In this document: piece by piece, positions 8,851 through 16,520 of the stretch | Layout: every line of letters begins with the position of its first letter | How positions within the stretch are numbered: the stretch's first letter is position 1 | IMG/VR virus record: IMGVR_UViG_3300050343_000215 | Location: 64,001-128,000 of that record | Direction: 5' to 3' (one strand) | Length of the DNA stretch: 64,000 nt | DNA from: a virus | Program-made: the position numbers and the translations under genes | The notes under the pieces: generated by a model | The model's database searches: none | Told to the model about the DNA's origin: nothing | What the model saw: only the letters and a program-made list of their open reading frames with translations

Positions 8851-9060
8851 ATCCAGTAATTTTAATCGGTTGCTTCACCCCACTGGGTATTATCTACATA
8901 GTAATGAAACTTGCTGTTTGGGCATCTGCTGTAAATGCCGAAAACTCGGATTATGTTCGGACGAGAACCTCTACGAAAACGAGGACCCTTCGTGGAAAAT
9001 CCGTATGAGGATGTTGACGAAGAGGAAGAGGAATTTACAGATCGCACAGACTATAGATAA
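8847..9060 (+). CDS. Small membrane protein with one apparent +1 indel
   Basis: MNPVILIGCFTPLGIIYIVMKLAVW... continuing after a shift as EPLRKRGPFVENPYEDVDEEEEEFTDRTDYR*; 214 nt = 3n+1. Confidence 0.5.
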
Positions 9061-9184
9061 TGCACTCCACCAATACTATGTTGTGGAGCAAGGAAAACCT
9101 GTTCCCAATTGGAGATATGTAAAAGATCAAGATTGGTGGATAGAATATTTAAAAGATTTAGGAATTGATCCGAGGAACCCATGA
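9005..9184 (+). CDS. Hypothetical protein
   Basis: MRMLTKRKRNLQIAQTIDNALHQYY...WWIEYLKDLGIDPRNP; C-terminal part of track ORF 8840..9184. Confidence 0.5.
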   Translation: MRMLTKRKRNLQIAQTIDNALHQYYVVEQGKPVPNWRYVKDQDWWIEYLKDLGIDPRNP

Positions 9185-9351
9185 ATTTTGAATTAGATAT
9201 GGAGGATTATGCAATTATCCTCAACGCATTACACTACTATAAGAAAGTTGAGAAACGAGGAAACTTCAAACAGTATAATGAAGACCGTATTAATATGTTA
9301 AGAGATAAGATGGCTTATCAACTAGTTCCCAGTGCAGATAGTATGAGATGA
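9181..9351 (+). CDS. Hypothetical protein (56 aa)
   Basis: MNFELDMEDYAIILNALHYYKK...; ATGA overlaps on both sides. Confidence 0.65.
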   Translation: MNFELDMEDYAIILNALHYYKKVEKRGNFKQYNEDRINMLRDKMAYQLVPSADSMR

Positions 9352-9545
9352 ATTTATTATTAAGACCTCTAGATAATGCTAACGACCCTGTGTGGTCTGT
9401 AATTATTTGTGTGATACTTGCTGTTGCAGGAGCATTGTTTGTCGTTGTATACATATTACGACAAGCATTTGCAGAGTTAGAAAATGGGAGCAATGACACC
9501 CCCCAGCAGGAAGAGCTGCTACAACTTCCGAGTGATAAAGGTTAA
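9348..9545 (+). CDS. Single-TM hypothetical protein
   Basis: WSVIICVILAVAGALFVVVYIL TM segment. Confidence 0.65.
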   Translation: MNLLLRPLDNANDPVWSVIICVILAVAGALFVVVYILRQAFAELENGSNDTPQQEELLQLPSDKG

Positions 9546-9945
9546 TCGTGTTGTTGACGGCGATACTATTGATGTCACCATTGATCTTGGGTTTGACTTA
9601 TACAAGAAAGAAAGAGTTAGAGTTGCAGGCGTTGATACGCCAGAGAAAAGAACGAGAAATTTAGAGGAGAAAGCACTTGGAATTGACGCAACAAATTGGA
9701 TTAAAGAGCATCTTAACTCAGCAATTGCTGGAGAAGAAGATCTTGTTATCAGAACTGAGCTTGTTGGTGGAGTGGGCAAATACGGCAGACTCCTTGGATG
9801 GCTTTACATCGGAGATGCTGAACTGTCAGTCAACGAGCAAATGATTGCAGAAGGATATGCTCACCCATATGATGGTGGCACTAAGAATATGGATCTTGAA
9901 GCACTAAGAAAAATTCGTAGATCACACGGAACATTAGTAGAGTAA
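9484..9945 (+). CDS. Staphylococcal nuclease (thermonuclease)-like protein
   Basis: RVVDGDTID, RVRVAGVDTPE, GKYGRLLG, NEQMIAEGYA. Confidence 0.85.
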   Translation: MGAMTPPSRKSCYNFRVIKVNRVVDGDTIDVTIDLGFDLYKKERVRVAGVDTPEKRTRNLEEKALGIDATNWIKEHLNSAIAGEEDLVIRTELVGGVGKYGRLLGWLYIGDAELSVNEQMIAEGYAHPYDGGTKNMDLEALRKIRRSHGTLVE

Positions 9946-10023
9946 TTGTCTACCATGATACAGTTTTAGCATTTCAAAAAAACCTTATGCTAAATAAATA
10001 TACATACCGCTTTGGTAAATCAT

Positions 10024-10518
10024 ATGAAAAGGTTTTTACCCTTCATAATGTTACTGATGACAGCACCAGCAGCGAATGCAGGTGCCCTTACTCATAAGTT
10101 ATCTTCTAGTGTTCAGTTAACCGTTGATGCTGCTGCTACTAATGTCACAAGACTTGGTAGTAACTTCTCAATTTCAGGTAGCGGTGTAGATACTACTGAC
10201 GGAACAACAGTTAATACAATTTCTACTGGTGCAATTACCAGTGGAATTTATGCCCCAGGCACAATTGCTGCTACTCAAGATAATCCTGGTAGTGCTTTTA
10301 GTTTCTCTCAGTCTTATACACAGGCAGATGCAATCCCAACCAGTGCAGTCACTGTTGGTGATGTAGCAAACTTTGGCAATATTACATCTACAACTGCAGG
10401 ATCTGCTGGTTCTCTAGCTGGTACTCTTAGTACTGCTGGTGCTATTACTTTGACAGCTGGTGGAGCTGGTACAAATGCTACAGGTCAGTTCGTAAGTGAA
10501 CTCACAATTCTACACTAA
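10024..10518 (+). CDS. Secreted/structural Thr-Gly-Ser-rich protein
   Basis: Signal peptide MKRFLPFIMLLMTAPAANA; late box ATAAATA at 9994-10000. Confidence 0.75.
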   Translation: MKRFLPFIMLLMTAPAANAGALTHKLSSSVQLTVDAAATNVTRLGSNFSISGSGVDTTDGTTVNTISTGAITSGIYAPGTIAATQDNPGSAFSFSQSYTQADAIPTSAVTVGDVANFGNITSTTAGSAGSLAGTLSTAGAITLTAGGAGTNATGQFVSELTILH

Positions 10519-10538
10519 ATAAATGGAGGTCAATCAAA

Positions 10539-11015
10539 ATGACTTCTCCAAAGACTATTACGATTCTTTGGTATGTCCTGAGTGCGGTGGGTGCAAGTGT
10601 CATACTTGCTCCTGCCCAGGCGGTCCCTGTAGTCCCAAACTTCAGCCAGGGCTCAATGACGAGCCACACAGAGACAACATCAAAGGTGACTGAAACGATT
10701 AACTCTATAGACTATGCAACCGGATGGCAATATTCAGTATCGGGAACAAATGTGACCAATGGGGGGCAATCCCTCAGTCCGAACCCAACAACAAACTCAG
10801 TGATAGTGAATCCATTAGGAGGAACAGAGGGGCAAGTAACAAGTGCCAACTCTGGTCTAGATTTAAATGGACAGAGTTTCACAATCGCAGAACCAGGAGC
10901 AGCATTCCAGTTCACTCAGACCTACATGGGACCGGGTGTAACAAATCAAACTGTGATTCAAAGAACCACAGAGGTTACAAGCATCACAGATACCACAAGT
11001 ATCTTTACCCAGTAA
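10539..11015 (+). CDS. Secreted Thr-rich protein
   Basis: Signal peptide (..LAPAQA), GGAGG RBS, CTAAATA upstream. Confidence 0.75.
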   Translation: MTSPKTITILWYVLSAVGASVILAPAQAVPVVPNFSQGSMTSHTETTSKVTETINSIDYATGWQYSVSGTNVTNGGQSLSPNPTTNSVIVNPLGGTEGQVTSANSGLDLNGQSFTIAEPGAAFQFTQTYMGPGVTNQTVIQRTTEVTSITDTTSIFTQ

Positions 11016-12002
11016 TATCACTTCTTATCGCCTCCCCTGTCAGTGCTGCTGATGTAGGGGGTGTAAGTGCAACAGCAAATCCAATAGCTAATAGTTCAGG
11101 CTCAGTTACGAACCAAGCTATTCAGGTATTACAAGGACCATATATTACTAACCAATATGGTGGTGGTATTGCATGTCAAGGACCGACTGCTAATATCACA
11201 CCATTCATTACTCATGCTCGTAGTCAGAAGGATCCATTTGAACAATACTATATGGAACCTCAGTATGACAACAGAGATTTTAACGGTCAGATGGTAGAAA
11301 CTCAGAAAGTAGTAAAGAACTTTCCTTGGGAACCACATTATGATAATAGAACATATACAAACTCAGAAGGTGAGGGAAGTTCGTGCCTATGAAGATGGTG
11401 CAGACATGACTATCACCGTTATGGAAATGATGGGTGATGGTGTGCCCGATAATCCAGGGTCAGAATTGTGGAAAAAACCAGTAAGGACTGGTGATGCAAT
11501 TAATAACAGTACAAGTCTTGGTTTATCTGCAACACTTTCTTTCCCACTTGATGGTGGAATGCAAGAGCGTTGTAAGACAGCAGCAGATACTCAGATTGCT
11601 TTACAAGGTCAGATGCTTGCTAATAAAAGATTAGACTTTGAGATCGCTAGACTTAAGAATTGTGGTGAACTAATGCAGAGGGGAATCAGTTTCCACCCCA
11701 GAAGTCCTTACTATAAAATATGTGCAGACATTGTAGTTAATAATGTTACTGGTGTTAAGCAACATCGTCACTCTATCCCTTCGGTTTCAGTGCCGACCGT
11801 AGGATCTTTATCGCCCGGTTCCGATCCCGTTGCTCCGCCCTCTTCTGCGACACAGACAGTACCGGGGGAGTCTTACCCCGTAAGGCAGCAATCTTCTTTA
11901 TCACCTTCTTCACAGTCGGTTTCACAACCTTTAACAAAAGATCAGCAAGAGGCTTTGCAAGCAGTGCAGAGGTCGTCGCGACTACAGCAATTGAGGCGGT
12001 AA
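10990..12002 (+). CDS. Secreted protein with one apparent frameshift near 11375; start uncertain
   Basis: Track ORFs 10724..11392 and 11340..12002 join at ggtgagggaagtt (GEEVRAY if one G is removed); signal-like HKYLYPVISLLIASPVSAA. Confidence 0.6.
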
Positions 12003-12579
12003 CAGTTATCATACCTGCTGATGGTATGTTCTGTATAATCTGATCAGGTATATTTAAATTTTCAAATACGGGGAGACATTCTTTTCCTACTGTCTCATAC
12101 CCAGTAATCTTCTTATTGCCCTCTAGGATCTTTCCTACAGGGTTTTTTAATTCTTGTGCTCTACTAGGACACTCTGCTATTGCAGCATCAGTTCTAGGTG
12201 GTGCTGGTGCAGCAGGAGTCTCTGGTGTTTCTGGAGTGTTTGGGATGACTGGTAGAGGTGGAGAAGACTCTGTTGTTATCTTTAACCTACGGGGATCATA
12301 ATCTATTGGATTGAAACTAGGTGTTCCTGCATCACAAAATACTCGGACTCCATCACTATCCTCTTCTTTGAGTGTTTGATTCTCACTACTATCTCTATGC
12401 GACTCAACACATCCAGGTATATTAACAATAGGAACACCCACCTGTGTAGTCACGGGTGGGTAAACTGGTAGTGCCTGCGGAGGATTACTCATCCAATCAG
12501 GCATTACATTAATATTTAAATCACGAATATTACCGATACTAATATCATTATTCGGAATATTAATATTAGGTATGTCCAT
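11773..12579 (-). CDS. Membrane-anchored Pro-rich protein
   Basis: TGATG overlap with upstream gene; C-terminal TM followed by basic tail. Confidence 0.7.
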   Translation of the reverse strand: MDIPNINIPNNDISIGNIRDLNINVMPDWMSNPPQALPVYPPVTTQVGVPIVNIPGCVESHRDSSENQTLKEEDSDGVRVFCDAGTPSFNPIDYDPRRLKITTESSPPLPVIPNTPETPETPAAPAPPRTDAAIAECPSRAQELKNPVGKILEGNKKITGYETVGKECLPVFENLNIPDQIIQNIPSAGMITVTASIAVVATTSALLAKPLADLLLKVVKPTVKKVIKKIAALRGKTPPVLSVSQKRAEQRDRNRAIKILRSALKPKG

Positions 12580-13214
12580 CAGCAATCATTAAACACACTG
12601 CCCACTGTAGAACCAAGTGATGATCCTGCTTTCTGTCCTAGTAACAATGCCCAACCACCTGCTAGCCATCCAACGTATGGGATACCCATTACAGCAGGAA
12701 CAGCAACACCAGCAGCGATAGCACTACCTGCCATGGCACCTTGACTTCGTGCTCCAGCGTCCGCCACTAAACACTCTGCGCTTACACCCCCGGTCTTTCC
12801 CAGTTCTCCTATGTCACCTCCTCCCATGTTACGGGTGCCTTCCATAGTGAATTGATCACTACGATACTCACGACGGTTCTCATATTTCTTGCCGCCAAAG
12901 AAACCACTTTGATTTTTTTGAAGTTCTAGGGATTTCTCCGACTGTAGAATTTTAGGATCGTTTGCACGATACTCAATTTCATATCCATCCTTACCTGCTT
13001 TAATAGTATAGGATGAATAATCTCCACGAGGGATATTAATTGTAGGAACCTGAGGAACTTTTGGTTCTTCTGGTCTATGAATTACATAACCTAACAAACC
13101 AATATGTGCCAGAGCAAAGAGTCCACCTAATGTCAGTGCAATACCTTTAACAGGAGACTTACGTGGTGCTTTCTCAGTAGAATATTTTTGTGCTAACTCT
13201 TCTGGATTTGTCAT
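12579..13214 (-). CDS. Membrane protein with C-terminal glycine-zipper
   Basis: N-terminal TM; GAMAGSAIAAG...GWLAGGW...GSSLGSTVG between two Cys. Confidence 0.7.
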   Translation of the reverse strand: MTNPEELAQKYSTEKAPRKSPVKGIALTLGGLFALAHIGLLGYVIHRPEEPKVPQVPTINIPRGDYSSYTIKAGKDGYEIEYRANDPKILQSEKSLELQKNQSGFFGGKKYENRREYRSDQFTMEGTRNMGGGDIGELGKTGGVSAECLVADAGARSQGAMAGSAIAAGVAVPAVMGIPYVGWLAGGWALLLGQKAGSSLGSTVGSVFNDC

Positions 13215-13471
13215 GGCAATCTAATCCCCGGACCAGTTGTAGATGGTGAGGAAGGAATAGCACCACCAGTAACACTAGGAAGTTCTGGCATCGCTGCATC
13301 CATCATTCCAGGAAGTTGTCCTGCAATTGCTTCTGCTGCTGCACCAGCAACTTGAGATTTGATATTCTCAACAATAGAATCTCTGTTGAGATACACTGCA
13401 GTACCTCCTCCAACAATACCAGCAGTTCCTACAAATGATAGTACTGCCAAAACATTAATTACTTTTTGCAT
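13211..13471 (-). CDS. Single-TM hypothetical protein
   Basis: N-terminal TM, Ala/Gly/Pro tail. Confidence 0.7.
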   Translation of the reverse strand: MQKVINVLAVLSFVGTAGIVGGGTAVYLNRDSIVENIKSQVAGAAAEAIAGQLPGMMDAAMPELPSVTGGAIPSSPSTTGPGIRLP

Positions 13472-13482
13472 TTTATTCTCCG

Positions 13483-13908
13483 TTACATTTTGTATGAGTC
13501 GTCAGTAGAAATTTTGATTGGTCCCTGCTCAATACGAATAGTCTGTGAAGGTGCAGTCTGTGCTGCTTTTTCAATCAATCTTTCCATCTGCTCTTTGGTG
13601 ATACTGCCACCACCATTACCACCACCACCTTCTCCTGCTTTCTTTGCAGCCTGGACACCAAAAGTAGCTAAAACTCCGGTGAAGACGCTGGCAATAAAAG
13701 TGGGATCTAGTTTTTGTTCAGGAATTCCAAGTGCTGGTGGAAGTTTGATGTATGCCAGCGTGAGTATTCCGCCAGACCAAACAAGGATGCCGAGCCTAAC
13801 AAAAGTAGACAAAATAGCAAGTTGTTCTTCTTTATCATCTGCTGCCTCCTTAATCTTACCGAGAAGACCTTTCTTCTTAGGTTCTACTTTCTTTACTTCT
13901 TCTGACAT
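13483..13908 (-). CDS. Two-TM membrane protein
   Basis: LGILVWSGGILTLAY and FIASVFTGVLATFGV segments. Confidence 0.7.
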   Translation of the reverse strand: MSEEVKKVEPKKKGLLGKIKEAADDKEEQLAILSTFVRLGILVWSGGILTLAYIKLPPALGIPEQKLDPTFIASVFTGVLATFGVQAAKKAGEGGGGNGGGSITKEQMERLIEKAAQTAPSQTIRIEQGPIKISTDDSYKM

Positions 13909-13928
13909 CCATGAACAGCAAGGCTCTT

Positions 13929-14120
13929 TTATTTATCTAAAAGATACTGTTTTTCATTTTGGTATATATGACGCTGACCTGTCTTAAGTTCCCATGCATA
14001 TACTAGGTCAGGAATTAACCACTGATCCACCCTAATACATTGCTGCCAGTTAGCAGGGTGAGCACAACTCACTACTACAACAGCAAAGAATGCCTTAACG
14101 TGGATCCAGATGGTAAACAT
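13929..14120 (-). CDS. Hypothetical protein
   Basis: 63-aa ORF coupled to upstream gene. Confidence 0.55.
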   Translation of the reverse strand: MFTIWIHVKAFFAVVVVSCAHPANWQQCIRVDQWLIPDLVYAWELKTGQRHIYQNEKQYLLDK

Positions 14121-14797
14121 TACTCTTTAATATATCCGAAGTCTACCAGATACTTTCTGGTAAGAGGTGTGGGTTCATATTCAGTCCACATCTGACCAGC
14201 CGCACAAGCATTCAATGCATTCATAGTCATGTGTTCAGTCTTACCTGCCCACATTGCTTCCTTCTCCCACGGAATTGCTGCTGGTTGCATTGCATATGTT
14301 CTACGTGTCATCTCTTGCCACATCTCAGGGACAGCATCTTCGGGTAAGATAATAGCAATCAAACTATTGTCAATCGTTCCTGCCATACAATCCTGTGCAG
14401 CGTGCCATCCTTCATGACGCATGACACTCATGAGCACATGAGGACGACCCATGAATGTTTTGTTTAGATAGAAGTTATTACTTACCGTATGGTAGACACC
14501 ACGATTTCCTACTGGAAAATACTTTTCGTCAGCAAGATATACACCCACACCAACATGGTTCAGTGAAGACATCATATGATTAAACTCTTGTGCCACTGAA
14601 GTAAATGCTTCAGGGTTATCATAATTTGAAGAAACGTCTAACAAAGAATTCACTTTAGTTACATCATCAGTGCATTCTTGAAGAAGCATACACCCCATTG
14701 AATGACTGGTATAGTAATCATCCTTTCCAATAGGGTCTGCCATTGCAGGAATAACTAAGGTAGCTGCAGCAAGTGCAGCAAATAATGTTTTGATCAT
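14120..14797 (-). CDS. Secreted zinc metallopeptidase-like protein
   Basis: Signal peptide; MRHEGWHAAQ (HExxH) and downstream WEKEA. Confidence 0.65.
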   Translation of the reverse strand: MIKTLFAALAAATLVIPAMADPIGKDDYYTSHSMGCMLLQECTDDVTKVNSLLDVSSNYDNPEAFTSVAQEFNHMMSSLNHVGVGVYLADEKYFPVGNRGVYHTVSNNFYLNKTFMGRPHVLMSVMRHEGWHAAQDCMAGTIDNSLIAIILPEDAVPEMWQEMTRRTYAMQPAAIPWEKEAMWAGKTEHMTMNALNACAAGQMWTEYEPTPLTRKYLVDFGYIKE

Positions 14798-14799
14798 AA

Positions 14800-15132
14800 T
14801 TAGTTCTGAAAGGTTTTAATGAAGTACTCAGCGTCAATTACTACTAAAGGTTTCTTACCATTTTTTTTGATAATTACAATAGGTTCATAATCACCGCAAT
14901 TGGATGCCGATTGTTCGTAAGCATCCCAGACATTTAGTTTCTCCACGTTCTTGCATTCTACACTATGGGGGAACTTTTGTCTAGCTGCTCTTGCCATAAT
15001 GAGATCTTCTCCACCAGCACCCATTGATCTAGATTCAATGTCCTCAGGATGTACGCTAAGATGTTCAATCAATTTATCCCTAACCCACTGCTGTAACTTT
15101 CTACCCTTCGCTTTAGCACTCTGTGGTTTCAT
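14800..15132 (-). CDS. PD-(D/E)XK nuclease, Holliday-junction-resolvase-like
   Basis: KAKGR..QQWV, GEDL, SVECKN motifs. Confidence 0.7.
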   Translation of the reverse strand: MKPQSAKAKGRKLQQWVRDKLIEHLSVHPEDIESRSMGAGGEDLIMARAARQKFPHSVECKNVEKLNVWDAYEQSASNCGDYEPIVIIKKNGKKPLVVIDAEYFIKTFQN

Positions 15133-15168
15133 AAAAAAATACCCCCATCATATGATGAAGGTATTTAG
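15133..15168 (-). terminator. Intrinsic terminator overlapping late promoter CTAAATA
   Basis: ATACCTTCATCA-TA-TGATGGGGGTAT plus T7. Confidence 0.65.
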
Positions 15169-15169
15169 A

Positions 15170-15316
15170 TTACATTAAGATGTCATCCCACGGATCTGGT
15201 ATCTGTACTTTATCGCCTGTAAGTGGAATGCCTGAGCCAGACTTGACGGACCTAGTTTCAGTAATGTCCACTCTTCCTCTGTCAGTTTTGGGTCTGCTAA
15301 TGCTAACAGTTTCCAT
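15170..15316 (-). CDS. Small hypothetical protein
   Basis: METVSISRPKTDRGRVD...PDPWDDILM; probable start just after nrdB stop. Confidence 0.5.
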   Translation of the reverse strand: METVSISRPKTDRGRVDITETRSVKSGSGIPLTGDKVQIPDPWDDILM

Positions 15317-15329
15317 GGTGGTGGTGTTT

Positions 15330-16520
15330 TCACAGTTGAAAATTAGCGAAAGTATCTTTCTTAACATCCTGCTTAATTCCTCCAACAATGTAACTTTCAT
15401 TCTCAGTTTCCTGAGGTGCTACCTGAAGACCTTTAGAAGAGATCCAATGCTCAGTCCATGGTAGTGGATTATTTCGTGCAGCAATATCATAAACTGGTTT
15501 CAGACCGATTGCTTTCATACGACGGTTGGCAACCCACTCAACATACTGTGTAAGAAGTTTAGCATTAAGACCAATCATAGAACCTTCTTTGAACAAATAG
15601 TCTGCCCAGACACGTTCCTCACTTACCGCTGTCTCAAATGCTTGATAACACCATTCTGTTTCTTCTTCAGCGATGCGAGCCATGTCTGGATCGTCTCCCT
15701 GTTTCCATTTATTGATAATGTTCTGTGTAAGAACAAGATGTTGGTTTTCGTCTCTGGCGATGAGAGAGATGATTTTAGCGGATCCCTCCATGAGTTTAAG
15801 CTCTCCAAAAGCAAATGAACAGGCGAACGAGACATAGAACCGGATTCCTTCAAGGATGTTGACATTCATAACAGCGCGAAACAACTTACGCTTGAGTTCG
15901 TAGAGGTCATCCTCTGCGAGGGGAACTCCATCAAGATTGTGTTCCCACATTCTACCGCTACCATATTCTTGAGCATGATTAATAAACTCATCATACGCTT
16001 TGGTAACAGTCTCAGCGCGTGATATAATCATATCATCTTCTAGGATGGTGTCAAGCACTTCTGCTGGATCAGCATAAACATTTTTGATTACATGAGTATA
16101 TGAACGACTGTGGATCATCTCCATGAAACCCCAGACTTCCATACATGCTTCTAGTTCAGGCAGAGAACAGTAGGGAATGAATGCCATACCAGGAGCACGT
16201 CCCTGAACTGAGTCAAGCATGATCTGATACTTCAGATTAGAAGTAAAGATATGCTTTTGTTCTGGACGCAACGATTGGTAATCACCCCGATCTTTTTGTA
16301 GGGAGACCTCTTCAGGACGCCAGAAATATCCCAGTTGTGTTTGCGTTAATCTATCAAATACTGGATACTTATATTGATCATAACGCTGCACCCCCAGAGG
16401 AGCACCAAAGAACATAGGTTGCTTTAATGTATCAACTTTATCCTTATTGAATACTGTCATTCCTTTAACTGTTGACATATCGTTACCTGCTGTACCTGTT
16501 CTAAAGTTTACACGATTCAC
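15330..16520 (-). CDS. nrdB: Ribonucleotide reductase class Ia beta subunit
   Basis: FWRPEE, MLDSVQ, EMIHSRSY, LEGIRFY, RDENQH. Confidence 0.97.
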   Translation of the reverse strand: MNRVNFRTGTAGNDMSTVKGMTVFNKDKVDTLKQPMFFGAPLGVQRYDQYKYPVFDRLTQTQLGYFWRPEEVSLQKDRGDYQSLRPEQKHIFTSNLKYQIMLDSVQGRAPGMAFIPYCSLPELEACMEVWGFMEMIHSRSYTHVIKNVYADPAEVLDTILEDDMIISRAETVTKAYDEFINHAQEYGSGRMWEHNLDGVPLAEDDLYELKRKLFRAVMNVNILEGIRFYVSFACSFAFGELKLMEGSAKIISLIARDENQHLVLTQNIINKWKQGDDPDMARIAEEETEWCYQAFETAVSEERVWADYLFKEGSMIGLNAKLLTQYVEWVANRRMKAIGLKPVYDIAARNNPLPWTEHWISSKGLQVAPQETENESYIVGGIKQDVKKDTFANFQL

